64,000 nucleotides of DNA from Thalia democratica (taxonomy: Eukaryota): assembly GCA_965202585.1 (NCBI GenBank), contig OZ241829.1, positions 4,960,001 to 5,024,000 on the forward strand, written 5' to 3'. Position numbers and translations under genes: made by a program. Shown here in pieces: positions 31,401 to 46,400 of the stretch (within the stretch, counting starts at the first letter, position 1; each line of letters begins with the position of its first letter). The notes under the pieces were generated by a model. That model saw only the letters and a program-made list of their open reading frames with translations. It did not search any database and was not told the origin of the DNA.

Positions 31401-34400
31401 CTACTTACTTATTTCCTTCTTCAGAACGTGTACAACAAAGACGCATCCAAGCAAATGCCCAAGAACAAGTACCTGTACACGGACACCGACAAGTACAAGG
31501 GTGACAAGTCGCTAGAGGGCGCCGTTCAGGGCGGCAACTACGTCAGGAAGTACCTGGCAGAGAGGGGCATGCTGCATCCGGTGGAGACGACATCAGAGAT
31601 GGAAATATCCAAGATGATCGCTCCGTTGATCTCGCAGAAGGCTTACTCCAAGGAAGCGAGGGACGTCATGCAGAAATACAACCTCGATATCGGTTTGTTT
31701 TTACATAATTGTTACGTCATAATAAGCATATATATATCAGTTTGTAGTATTAGCAGTCTAGATTAACACAAGTTTTTTATTGATTTCTTAACCCACAAAA
31801 TATTTATTAAAGATAAAACTTTCTGGTCGTATTTTTACAAACTTGATATCAGTTTGTTTTGATTCTTTTAAGAAGAAGAAAAAAAGTTTTTATTTGTTCA
31901 CACGGTGTTATTTGATAATTACAAAAAAAGTTAAGATAGTTTTGATTTATTGCAGCAATGTTGCTAAGAATAAGATTAAGACTTAAATATTTTATTGCAA
32001 CTTATGTAAAAACAGAACCTAATTAAATTCTTTTAAGTCCAAGTTAGGCGCCTCAAGTATGTACACTGTTTTAACTTTGTACTCTTTTTCTAAATGTTAT
32101 TGTAAAAAAACAGGTACGCAGGGAATAGTTCACGCAGTAGTCTCGCAGAAACTTTCTGAGAAATTCCCCTATTTCGAAGATTACATCGTCAATATGAAGG
32201 GTCACGCACCCAGCAACGTTGCGATCGCCTACCCTGAAACTGAAGTCATAAAGAAGGCAGACAGGCTTGCCAGCAAGGTAAAAATGTTTGTTAGATTATA
32301 AGTATTATAAGGGATTAGTTTTATTTTTTGATTTATTAACATTTTTGTCTAGAATTTTCAAAAAAAAAGGCTTCTACTAAAGGTAAACTCTAGTAGAAAA
32401 CTATGATTTTTTAATCACGCTTTGCAACTTTACTCTTATTGGTTGAATGTTATAAATAGTTTTTAATTGTCTATTTAAAACATTTTATAAATTTTTTTTT
32501 TGCGTTTTTCCGATGAAATAAACGTAAAAAGTTGATAAAAAACGCATAAAATGTAAATAATACAAATTGATAACTTATAACTGAACATTAAAATTCAAAC
32601 AACCAGAATGTGTACAAAGAGGAAGCCAAGAAAACTCAGGATACCGACTACACTTTACCTGTGGACATTCCTGAGATCGAGCTTTCCAAGATGAACGCTA
32701 AACTCATCAGTGATGTTAGCTTCAAATGTATTGTATGCTAATAATATAAAGCTAACGAAACCTGCTAAACATAAAACTATTAAAGTTCTAAACCCTTGTT
32801 CAATAGGAAGAATATTGATTGTTTTTTACTTCTTTGAAATACAAACATTTTTCCATATATACAGAAAAACATTTTGTTTGTTTATAGAAACAGTACAAGG
32901 CGAAGGGTAAGGAGATAAACGACGCATGCACGGGTTACAAGAACGTTCTACCACATCAGAACCCTGTAATTGTTCAAGCGGAGAAAGCCAACAAACAGAT
33001 ATCAGACGTGAGTTTTTGAAAAACTTTATTATAACTGAAGTAGCTAGCTCGTAAAACATTGCATTGAAAAAATTAAAATCCAAATTGCTTTTTTTATCAG
33101 TTTATTCTTTTGATTTTAATCATTTTAAAGTTTCAACAGCTTATTAGTGATAAAACCAATGGTCTACGTAATAAAGTGCAAAAATTTGATTGAAAAAATA
33201 AAAGTAAAAGTATACAAAACACAACAAATTTTTATAAATTTTTGTTACAATTCACAGAACGTATACAAGCAAGATTATCAGGATGACAAAGCGAGGATTT
33301 ACTATCCGTTCCAATTGACACCAACTTACAATGCGGCGTACATGGCTAACATCAATAACAGCGAGGTACCAATATTACTAAGTGTTATTTATATTACATC
33401 TAGGAAGAACTTCTTTTTAATTAGTTTAAATTATTTTCTATAGAAAGAGCCTGTTTGCTTCTTTATTCAATGTTAATTTATTTTTACAACAAGTACCTGT
33501 TTGCTTTATAGAAACTGTACAAAGCTGACAATGAGGCCACTAAGATGAACAACAAGTTCTTAGCCAATGAGACGCCGATCTTCAAAGCCATGCAGCCAGC
33601 AGTTGATGTGCTCTTCGATGTTAGTCTGTTTATAATGATATTAAATTTTTTTATAAGTAATAACTCTTCAATTAAAAAAATATTAACCAGACAACTACTA
33701 TCAGCAGTTAAAATGTTACATTTAATTAATCTAACTTATCAACTGTTTCAGAAAAAAGCTACTTAGAATACAAGTACTCAAACTTTCAAACACATAATTA
33801 CGTTCACAAGAAACTTTAATCTTTAACTCTTTAAATGCAGAAAAAGTACCAGCAAAAGTACGTGGATTCGCGCGGTCACTGGCATCCGGTTGAGGAGACT
33901 CCGGAGATGGTGATCTCCAAGTTCATCCGACCCCTCATCAGTCAGAAGATGTACGGAGATGAGGCCAGGAGGAAGATGTCCGAATACAACCTCGATGCTT
34001 GTTTGTTTATTTTAACAAGTTTTAAAATTTAAGTTTACCTTTTACCAAATTTAAAATCATTAAAGAAGGGTAAGAATAAAAAGAAAACTACGATGCTTGT
34101 TTGTTTACTTTTACAAATTTTAAATTTTAATATTACCTTTAAAATCATTAAAGAAGGGTAAAAATAAAAAGGAAATTACAGTGCTCGTTTGTTTAAAAAA
34201 TTAAGACTGAAGTAAATTAAATTTGAATCCAATTTATATGTTTACAGCAAATACTAGCAAAAAAGAGTAAAAATAGTACTTTAACAATTTGGTTTCATCA
34301 AGTTTAACTTCGTTGACTTAACATTGTGATATTTTCATAAAACTATTTAAATCAATTTATTATTTTGTGCCTCCGCAACAGCAACTCAAGTTGTAGCACA

Positions 34401-37400
34401 AGCAATTGTCGCTCAAAAGCTTCAGGACAAGCAGCTGTACACATCTGACTTCAAAGAGAACGTGCAAGGAAAAGGTCCAAAGAACGCCGACAATTCGGCT
34501 TATCCGGAGAACGAACGCGCAAGAAAGTGCGCCAAAATTCTCAGCCAGGTAACAACATATATAGTTGATAATTTTAATACTTAATAATGTACGGGTTTAA
34601 TTGAAAAGAAAATTAGACTAGAAAAAGGTTAAAATACATAAAAAAGCTCTTAGCCAAGAGAGATGAAAATAAGTTGAAATAACAAACTTTTAAAACTTAA
34701 TACTAAGTAGTAAAATAAGTTTAAACAGTCAAAGCCTACTGTATATCTAAATATATGTGTATATGCCTGTATTATAAACTCTTTTAAATACTTTAATTTA
34801 AAAATAGTCAAGGTTGATTTTATATTTAGACTAAAGAAAACTTTCGGAACAATTTGTCTAACTTAGTCATGTGATCACTGTTTTATATTGTACAATTAAA
34901 CTTTCAGGTCATTTATACTAAAGATGGTATTGAGGCAAGGCAAAAGTTCACTTTGCCAGTGGACAATCCAAATATGGTCAGAGTCAAAAATGCAACACAG
35001 CTTGCCAGCGACGTAAGTTTACATTTTTATTTTGTGAGAAATTGTATTATATACTGCTGAGTAACAAGAGTATTAAATAAAGCAAAAAACAAAAGTTACA
35101 TCAATTGATATTTAAAGTTTAAGACTGTTGTTTTTATCTTAGTTTCGCTTGTCTTTTAAAGTAAAACTTGTTTTAATCTAAAGAATTTACTGTGTGAAAA
35201 AAATAATAGAGACAGTCTTAAATATGATATTAAGTAAAAGAAAATATAAAGTGACATTTTTTAAGTGCAAAAATACTTACTTTCGAAATAAAGGTTTATA
35301 AAGCCAAAAATATAGACATTTTAATTCAAACTGACATACACTACAGATTGCATACAAGAAACATGGTGAAATGATCACAGAAAAGTGCAGATTGTATTAT
35401 GAATTAATACTTTCATCCTAATTTAAACAGATTGCATACAAGAAATATAGTGAAAAGATCACATAAAAGTGCAGATTGTATTATGTATTAATACTTTCAT
35501 CCTAATTTAAACAGATGCATACAAGAAACATAGTGAAAAGATCAATGAAAAGTGCAGATTGTATCATGTATTAATATTTTTATTCTAACTTAAACAGATT
35601 GCATACAAGAAACATGGTGAAAAGATCACAGAAAAGTGCAGATTGTATTATGTATTAATATTTTTATTTTAATTTAAACAGATTGCATACAAGAAACATG
35701 GTGAAAAGATCACAGAAAAGTGCAGATTGTATTATGTATTAATATTTTATTCTAACTTAAACAGATTGCATACAAGAAACATGGTGAAAAGATCATAAAG
35801 AGTGCAGATTGTATTATGTATTAATATTTTAATCCTAATTTAAACAGATTGCATACAAGAAAGATGGTGAAAAGATCACAGAAAAGTGCAGATTGTATTA
35901 TGTATTAATATTTTTATTCTAACTTAAACAGATTGCATACAAGAAACATGGTGAAAAGATCACAGAAAAGTGCAGATTGTATTATGAATTAATATTTTAA
36001 TCCTAACTCAAACAGATTGCATACAAGAAACATGGTAAAAAGATCACAGAAAAATGCAGATTGTATTATGAATTAATACTTTCATCCTAATTTAAACAGA
36101 TTGCATACAAGAAACATGGTGAAAAGATCACAGAAAAATGCAGATTGTGTTATGTATTAATATTTTTATCCTAATTTAAACAGATTGCATACAAGAAAGA
36201 TGGTGAAAAGATCAATGAAGAGTGCAGAGGTTTCCAGACATTAGACAGCAGACATCATCCCGTTGTTGTCAGATCTGAAAAAATTGCTAAACTTCTGTCT
36301 AATGTTAGTTTGTTTATACATATGTGTATATGAAACGTTTTGTTGTATTATTATGTACTTAACTAAAACAGTATTAACAGCTTTAAATTTTCACTTATTG
36401 TTTTAAATTGATAAGAAAGTGAATCAAAGAATGCTCAAAAGTTTTCACTTTATTTAATGCTCATTTATTTTATACACAAATACAGAAAGCGTATAGAGGA
36501 GAGTGGGAAGCAGATAAATCAATGGTTTACTATCCTTACCAACTAACTGCTGAATATGAAGTCAACGCCCTCAATCAGCGGCTTGATGTTAGTTTTAATA
36601 AAATGTAATGGCTTAAAACGTAGCTAACATATAAAAAAACCTAACCTTTAAAATAAGTCGATATATCTTAAAAACTAGAACTTCTGACTATAATCTACAA
36701 GTGTATCTTAAAAGTTTTTATTCATATTTAAGAGAGTTTTTCATATGTTTTACACTAGAACATTTATCTTGTATATACTTTTTTATGTTAATCTAAAAAA
36801 ATTTATTCAAACTAGGATGAGTACACGCAAGACTACGAAAAGAAGAAAGCAAACACAAAGTATGACGTAACAGCGACACCTAATTACCAGTACGAACAAA
36901 AACATTATGACGTTGTTGGAGACGTAAGTTAACATAATAATATTAATTTGTTACCTAATTACCAGTACGAACAAAAACATTATGACGTTGTTGGAGACGT
37001 TAGTTATGACCAATGTTACGTTGCTTAATCAAATATTTTAAACAGTAGTAGGCTTAAAGTTAAACACAACAAAAACATATTACTTTTTTCAAATCGTAAG
37101 TTCTGTTAAATTATGTGATAAGTTATTGGTCACATTACACTAGAGAACTATTTTGTGTTCCAAAATAAACATTGGATCCTAAAAATTTTACTTGAAACTC
37201 ACTCAAGATTTTGCATAGAAAACTGATCTCAAGGTCATGTATAAAATCCTTCACTTTTTACAGCAAAACTACAAGAGGAACTACATCGAGCATATGGGTG
37301 AAATGATCGGTACAGATGTGACTCCTGAGATGGTCATCTCCAAGGAGATGAAGCCAATTGTCAGTAAGAAGTTGTATCAAGATGATGCCAAGAAGTTGCA

Positions 37401-40400
37401 ACCTAATGTGCACGTGAATGGAGGTAATTGTTGATAATTAACACCAACTTTCATTGTTTAATTGCATTGTTCAACAATTTGAAGTTTGTAACTTACAAAA
37501 TAGTGTAAATAAACTTTTATTAGGCTTAATTCTTGTTTTCTAATTTGTCTTTTTTCATTATATATTTAGTTAAAAACCGATAGCACATTTATCTACTAAA
37601 ACCATTGACTAAGTATTTATTTATGGTTTCATCACTTAGACGGTCAGGAGATAGCAAACGCGTTGGACAAGCAACACCTAGCTTCAAAGAACTTATACAA
37701 GCAGGTTTACAATGATGAGCAGGTCGGAAAAGCTCCTAGTGACGTCACAATTGCGTATCCGGAACACAAACATCACCACAAGATGTCAGACCTCGCCAGT
37801 AATGTGAGTGTACTGTTGATAAATAAATAAAGAAATAAAAACTTTAAGAAACTTATTTGAATATGATGTGTAACTAAAATAACATTAAATTAAACAAATT
37901 TTTAAACAAGTTAAAGTTATTAAGAAACTTTTAGAAAACAAATTCTTTTAGAAAACTTCTTGTAACAAAAAACGTGTAAAAAACTTTTAATCTCTATCAA
38001 TAGTCTATGCTTAAATTTAGAAACTAATCAAAACGTTAAGATAACTTTTTAACAAAATTTTAAGCTAATTGAATAACAAGATGATTTAAAAGAAGTAAAT
38101 TGTTCAACAAACTTAAAAAAAAACTAATTTATAATTCTTACCAGTAGTTCCTTATTCGAGTTAGAAACTTTTATTGTAAAAAAATTAAACTTTTTTTTTA
38201 TAAAAATAGATTCCTTATGTGAAAATAGCTAGAGATCAAATGGCTGATGTAAAACTTCCAGCTGATATTCCAGCACTTCAACAAGCTAAACAATCAATGA
38301 TTCTTGCCAGTGATGTTAGTTATTTCTAAATATACATACTATAATGAGTTTTAAGTTACTTCAACAAGCTAAACGAAAAGTGATATTTGCTAGTGATGTT
38401 AGTTGTTTATTGTTACAATACTTTAAACTTGAAGTATAATTTTATAATCTGTGCCTAAAACTACACACACATAGTTATTGAAAAGGTAAATGCTTTAAAT
38501 TTGTTATTATAAAATCTAATCTCTTACATAACTTTTAATTTGTTTGTAGTTATGATAAAAAATAAAAAAAAGACCCTATGTTAAATCTCATCAACAGATT
38601 GAATATCAAAAGAAGGGAAAAGAGATCAATGATAATTGCAAGGCTTACCAGAAACTGGCCCCCGAAGTCCATCCTCTTGTCAAGCAAGCCAAGAAAGTTG
38701 CAGACCTTGTTTCTGAAGTAAGTTTAAAAAAACATTATATAAAGCCTTTGTAAATTCAATTAATTTTCGTAAAAAAAACTTAAGAATCTAAAACAAATGT
38801 TAGAAAAAGCATTTGAAAAATGTTTAACTACGATATAATAAAGTAGTAATGTTATTTTTGTCGAAATACCGAAAGGAATATGAAAACGACAAAGCTCTTG
38901 TTTACTTCCTAATAAAAATATTCAACTATTTTAATATATTTCAGTTTAGATATCGTAAGGGTTATAAAAATGACAAAATTCTTGTTTACTTCCTAATAAA
39001 TACAACTATTAATGTTATTTATTACAGTCGAAGTACAGAAAAGAATATGAAAATGACAAAGCTCTTGTTTACTTCCCAGCTCATCTTACTGCTGAGTATT
39101 ATGCTGCTTCTAAAGTTGCCGATCTCACTAGAGACGTTAGTTACAAATTAAATAATACTAAAATGTTTGAAAAGTTTGAAGCTTATAGTTCTGTAATTAG
39201 TTTTTTTATAAACTTGAAAAAGTATTAAACTAAAGTCACTTTAAGATTTTACTAACTACAAAATTTTACAATGAATAATCAACATTCACAGGTCAACTAC
39301 TCGAAGGAAGCAGAACGTAAGAAGGATCAGAACAAATATTTGTACACAGATACAGATAAGTACAAGGGAGATCAGAAACTCGACTCTATTGTTAACGACG
39401 TGAGATTTTATTTAGTAAAAAAAATATAGATAACTAGTAGATATATACTAGATAAATTAGTAGATAGAATAACTAAATAGATTTATGCAAATTGTATAAT
39501 TTATTCGCGACCGGTTTCGGTGGCAAGAGATAGAGGCAAGAGTAGATAGAATAACAAAAATACGTACTTTTCATTTCATATAAGTTATTTGAGCATAGTT
39601 ATGTAAAAACAGCAAACATTGTAAATTAAAACGGTTATCTGTACGAACAGCTCAAGTACGTGGAAAAGAACTTGGCAGCCCAACCTCACTGGACTCCCGT
39701 GGAACAAACTCCTGAGATGGTCATTTCAAACCTGATTGCTCCTCTGATTTCGCAGAAGGCTTACTCCAACGATGCAAGAGCCGTCATGCAGAAGTACAAT
39801 CTTGATGCAGGTCTTTAATTAAAATAATATTTCAAAGTCATGTTGTTTTTACTTTTTTTATAAAGATTTTTCAGACTTTAAAATATAACTTTTTTGTAAT
39901 TTTATAAAACTTTTTTTTTTAATCTTCCTAAACATCAACTACAGGAAAAAAACACTTCAACTAAAAATACTTACTTTAAACTTTCAGCCACGGTTGGTAT
40001 CGTTCAGTCGCTGTACTCGCAAAAGCTCTCGGAAAAAAGCCCCTACATCGAGAACTACATGGCTGAGACTTACGGAAAAGCTCCTAGCAACATCGCCATT
40101 GCTTTCCCGGACAATGAGAGGATCAGAAAGAACACAACGATGGCTAGCAAGGTAAAACAGTACAACTTTAAAAAAAAAGCGCCTAATCAATGAGAAGAAT
40201 TAAAGTAGATACGTTTGAAAATGAATTACTTCAAAAAAACTAATTTTGATCTCACTAATACCTTTCTTTTGGTATAAATTGCTAGTTAATTCAAATTATA
40301 ACCTGTTTTTTATGTTTTTAGAAAGCTTACAGTAAAGATGCCAAGGGATCAATGGGAGATTACACTCTCACAACTGAGATGCCTGAATTGGTGCAAGCTA

Positions 40401-43400
40401 AAAAGTCAACAGTACTTGCTAGTGATGTTAGTTTTTAATAATTTTAATGTTTATGAATTGGTGCAAGCTAAAAAGTCTACTGTACTTGCCAGCGATGGTA
40501 GTTTTTTACTTATTTTGAAGCACAACAATATACATTTTTGCAACATATAACTTAGATTTCCTTTGAGCTCTACTTTACATTCATTCATTTAAACACACTT
40601 TAAAATATAGTTAAGTTTATCAGTATGAAACTTAAACTGAACATTTTTTAAGTATGGTTTCTTAAAATTGAGATTTCTTATTTGTTATGCTTTCATACTT
40701 ATCAGATGTACAACATTAGTTTACATAAAACAGATAACATACGTAGCAAAGGGAAAAGCTGAGAACGCCTTGTGTCAGGGATTCACCAAGATGGAAAGCA
40801 AACATCATCCTGCAGTTAAACAAGCAGACAAGGCCAACAAGCTCTACTCTGGTGTAAGTTTTAATCACTATTATATATTGAAATATGCAGTACATTGCAT
40901 TGTTTCTTTTGTTTTTTATAAAAACTGCTGTTATTACGTATTTACACTCAAAAATTAGGCTATTTTTTCATACAATCTTTATCTAAATAAAACTAGCTTA
41001 AATATTCTTATTATATCTAGATTTTTTACAATTAATCAAAAACTAACATTAATAACTAACACAGAAACTTTACCGAGATGAATACGAAAAGGAAAAATCT
41101 ATGATTTACTTCCCCTTCAATTTCACTCATACTTATGATGCGGCTCATGATGCTGCTATCAACTTAAGTGATGTAAGTTTTCAAATAAATTACTTGTAAT
41201 GTTTTTTTATTCAATTTCACTCATACTTATGATGCGGCTCATGACGCTGTTATCAACTTAAGAGATGTTAGTTTTTGGAATTATTATAAATAAAAGTTAT
41301 TAGTAGTTATTTTTTATTTAAGTTTTCTTTTTATAAATATTTTCAATATAAACAATTTGTAAAACCTACACTGTTTAACAACTTGTTTGAGTTTTGAAAA
41401 AAAAGCTTCAAAAATCAATGCAAAAGTCTAAACATTTTTTTTATTCAACAGGTTGAGTACAAGAAAGAGCACGAAAAGAAGAAGATGAACAACAAATATC
41501 TGATGAACGAAACTCCAATGCATTTGGCGGGAAAACCTGCCAGAGATACCCTCTTTGACGTACGTTATTTTTTTATACATTAAAAATAAATACTGTTTTA
41601 ACAGAATAACTACAAACTATTAGTTAAAAGTTAACTTAGTTATATATTTATGAGGCAAAATTTATGTAAACTTCATTGGTTGTTCAAAATTAATCTAACC
41701 TTCAATTTTTACTTATCAATTAAGCTTTTAGAATTAGAAAAATCAGTGTTTCTATTAAGAAAAATGTAAAATTATTTTCAACATCAAATTTAAAACAAGA
41801 CAAACTTTCATCCAGAAAAGATACCAGGCCGACTTCGAAAAGAGCCAGGGACACAACTTGGCAGTTGGGGAGACTGCGGAGATGGCGATCTCTAAAGCGA
41901 TCCTTCCGTACGTGAGCAGGAAGAGATACCAGGATGAAGCGTGGAACACACTTGGCAACTACAACCTTGATGCGAGTGAGTTGTATTGAAACTAGAAACT
42001 GTTAATAGTTGTAAAAACAAGCTACACAAAAAACACAACTAGATTTTTCAAACAAATAGTTTTACTGCTTTTATAAGTTATTTATACACTTACGAACCAA
42101 ACTTAAAACTAGGTTTTTATGATAAACAAATTGTAAACAAAAAAGTAGCTTTCTTAAAACTAAAAAAATTTATGCGTTGATAATGTAAAGCTTAAAAAAT
42201 GTAAAGTAAAAAACGTAAAATTGGCAAATAAGAGTCTAAAGCATTTCAAAACTACAATCTATATTCTTTCAGGAACACAAGCGGTGGCACACGCTATCAT
42301 CGCGCAGAAGCTGGCAGACAAGGAGTTCTACACGGAGGAGTTCAAGAAGAAGATCGTTGGAAAGGCCCCGGTGGATGCGAGCAATGAAAATTATCCGATG
42401 AACAAACAGGCCAGGCACTGCGCTAAAATACTCAGCAAGGTATTTATAAGTAGAAAAACATTTCAAATTAAGCAATAGTTTTTCAATGAACATATATGAT
42501 GACTTGTATAAAGTGGTTATTCTTTTCATTGTATATTTTTGTAAGCTATTTTCTTAGAACAATGTTTTTGTAACTAAAACTAAACTTCTAATGGTATTTC
42601 ATTTTGCACTAATACATTGATTATATGTAGTTTACAGTAACTGCTAAAATAAATATTCATGATACACAAAAACTGTTTATTTAAATATTTATTACAACGT
42701 GTTTTAATAAGTTATTTTTTTTGTACTTTTTTAGTAAACTTGTTTATTTTTTACAAATTTAAATAAACTTAAAGTTTTAACCTAACTTTTTATCCGATAG
42801 CTTATTTACGAGAAGGATTCGAAAGCTGCCAGGCAAAATGTCAGGATTCCAGCCGAAATACCTGAAAACATCAGAGTTAAAAATTCTACCGCTCTTGCTA
42901 GTGATGTGAGTTTTAAAATGATGGCCATACGTTTTGTTTACAAGACAAAATTTTTACCTGAGTCTATTCAGCATTTACTTACAAACTATTGATACATTTA
43001 AAAGTCGATTTTGTTACTATTGAATGTGATTTTAAATTAGTTATCAAATTTATTTTAGACTTCACTGCAACAAAAAAAAATTTAACTAAAACTTTTTCAG
43101 TACAATAGTAAAAGCACCATAATACAAATAAATCGTTGTTACTGCTTATTTAAATTATTAATCTTCAAAACAGATCAAATACAAGAAGCAGTTAGGAGAA
43201 ACTTTGGATGAATGCAAAGGATACCAGAAATTAGATGGTCATCTGCATCCATTGGTCCTCAGATCCAACCATATGTATGATCTTCTTTCTGAGGTTATTT
43301 TTTTGATAGAAAGTTTTGAAGTAATTTTTTTTTTCAACTTGAACTTAATTTGAGGATAAAATACTAAGTGTGATTGGTGTATTTTGATTTATATATTAAA

Positions 43401-46400
43401 GTGTAAAGTTTTTAAATAAAAGTTCATTTTAAATAAAACAATAATAAAGTAAAAAACAAACTTGAGTAATCACATAACAAAAATATATAAGTTAAAATGT
43501 TTAAACAAAATACACTAATTTTACATTTATTTTAGAACTAAAGTAAACTTAAAATATGTCTAATATGAATAATTCAAACAGAAAAAATACAAAGAGGAGT
43601 ATTTGAATGACAAAGTGAAGGTTTACTTCCCATACAATCTTACAGCTCCTTATGAAGTTTCTGCTAACCTTCGCGATATTACTGCACCAGTTAGTTATTT
43701 GTTTAACACTTGTATACATAGCTTTTCAATAGGGTTGTTAATGTTTATAATCATGCTTAAATTTAAAAGTATTACGTTTGGTTAAAATTGTTTTTTTATA
43801 AATTTGAATAAAACTTTAAATGTCCTATAAAATATAAATTCCAGTGATTATTTTTGGGTTTAGCTATTTTTGTTTTACATCAAACAATAATATACTTCAA
43901 AAACAAATATTTTGCTAGGAAAACTACACAGCACAGTATGAGAAGGATAAGAAAAAGAACAAGTTCAATGTGGCTGAAACTGAAAAGTATGACTTGGACA
44001 AAAAACTACACGAACTTGAAGAGGTATGTTTGAAAGTATATTTGTTAATACATCATAAAAACAATAAACCATTTATTTTAACAGAACAACTACAAGAAGG
44101 CAGCAGTGAAAAAGCTCAAAGATTTAACAAGCACCACAGACGCTATGTATGATCAGCACATCAAATCTGTCAAGGACTTACCTAGCAAGGTGAGAACACA
44201 TTTCAATTTGTCGTAAATATTTATTCAGTTTACGATAGTACAAATTACCTAAAGCTAAACACCAAACATACTTTTATCCTCCTACAAAGAATATTATTTT
44301 TAAACACAAAATATGACTTAACCGGATTTTTTGTTTAGTTTATAAGTAAACCTTGAAAAAAAATATGCAATTTCAAAAAAAAATGTTTAGCAATATATTG
44401 GTTTTAGCTCACATTTCTTAAATATACAAACTTATCACAGAACGCGTACGCTGTGGAAGCTAAGAGGATTATGGACAAGTACAACTTGTCGGCCGACATG
44501 ATCCAATTGGCCCACGCCATAAGTTGCCAGCCGCTCTCTAGCGCCAACGTGTACAAACACGACCACGTGATCAATGACGTAGGTAGGGGAAACACCGGCA
44601 GCGATATCAAGTATTACCCGCTTTATGTGAAAGCCAAACAGGCAGACAACATTCTCAGTCAGGTTAGTGTGAGAAAAGCTGCTACTTTGTGACAATTTGT
44701 TGCAACATTTTAAAAGGTAAACTTTAATAAGTATACTATTGTTCTGTGTACTTATCCTAAAATATTTAGAAACACTAATGACTTTTTCTGGTACAATATA
44801 TGACTAATTAAACAACTTAAAAATATATTTTCTGAAAATAAACAAATGAAAACAGACTAAATATATAATAGACAAGGTATAGAAAAAATATTAAATATAT
44901 ATATATTTTAATTTTTTACAGATTGTATACGTGAAAGATGACAAAGACAGATTACACGAATGTACAATCCCAGTTGATAACATCGACCTGACAAGAGCAA
45001 AGAACGGAACAATCCTTGCCAGCGAAGTTTGTATTTATTAATTCTCAAAGTGTTAAAATACAAACATTTTATTGTCTTTTGTAAATATGATATTTTCTAT
45101 TGAACTAATTAACACAAGTGTAACTACCTTATTTTTTCTTCATACAAGCTAAACATGAAATATTTACCAGATAAGTTACAAAGCTGAAGGCAAGGAAGTA
45201 AATGACAAATGTCAGGGATTCAGAAAACTTTCCAGTAACCAGATTCCTGTGATGAAACGAGCAATGGATGTCAACAAAATGTATTCAGATGTTAGTTTAT
45301 TTGGGTTTAAAAAAAAATCTTTACTCTGTAACAACGTTTTAAGAGATGTTTATTTCATACTCGTATGCCTTAAGTTAAAAACGACATCTTTGGTTATGTG
45401 TATCAAGTATTTAAATATTTAAGAACAACTTAAAAAATTAAAAACACTGCAAATAAATATTTCATATAGTAAAACACCAAAAAAACTTAGAAAAGAAAGC
45501 AAACAATTTAAGATTATTTCACAACAGAAAACCTACAAACAAGAATATATGGATGACAAAGGTGTAATTTATTATCCAGTTCATCTCACTGCTGAATATG
45601 AAGCAAATAAATTTGCTGATAAGTTCATTCATGGGCCAAGCTACACAAGTGACTACGAAAAGAAGAAAGGAAATTTCGCATTCAAAGTAACTGATACTGG
45701 AGAATATCTTGTCAGCAAGGACCTTATGAAACTCGCTAATGTAAGCTCGAAGTATTGTTTGAAATACAGTGTTTTATTAGAACTGTAGTCATATACTTAT
45801 TTTTCTAAAATATTCCTTAAATTGTAACTGATAAGTATAATTTATTTTCAAAATTGATAGCATTTTTACTTCATTACGTAGTAGAAAAAAGCTCTAAAAT
45901 GTACAAACTATAACAAAAATGTACTAACCTAAAATACTTTTATCAACTTTACAGCACAACTACTGCGTGGCTGCATCAAAGACCGCATTCACATCAGTTG
46001 ACGACGGATTCTCCATGAAAAACATCAAGAAAGTGCAGCCTTTACTGAGCATGTACTATTACAAGGATGCTGCAAAGAAGAACTATGATAAGTACAATTT
46101 GGATGCTAATGAGCAGAGGATTGCTCATGCTTTGGAAGCTAATAAGGTGATTGTTTTATTTTTAGGAAATAGTTGAAGTGTTTGATTTTATGTATAGAGT
46201 TGGAAACTAAACTAGTCGTATAAACTTCTAAATATTTTCTATACGAAATTTTAAAATTATTGTTAGATATAATACTTCAAACTGTTAGTGTACTAAAAAA
46301 GTATTTAAAAAAATGTTTGTTGTGAAACCAATAAAAAATTTATTTAATAAGTCTATTTATGAAAATTTTTAAGCTAAACAGAACAAATAAAATTAGAACT

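Noticed and set aside
35347-36183. Array units as a cluster of mutually exclusive alternative exons (Dscam-like)
   Set aside because: Units hold only 15 codons, lack a credible in-frame donor and contain in-frame stops; only the last unit has a full module and donor.
39505-39560. GC-rich patch with small hairpin (ACCG-GTTT-CGGT) as mobile element remnant or ncRNA
   Set aside because: Only a 4-bp stem and no second copy in the window; cannot be assigned without a repeat library search.
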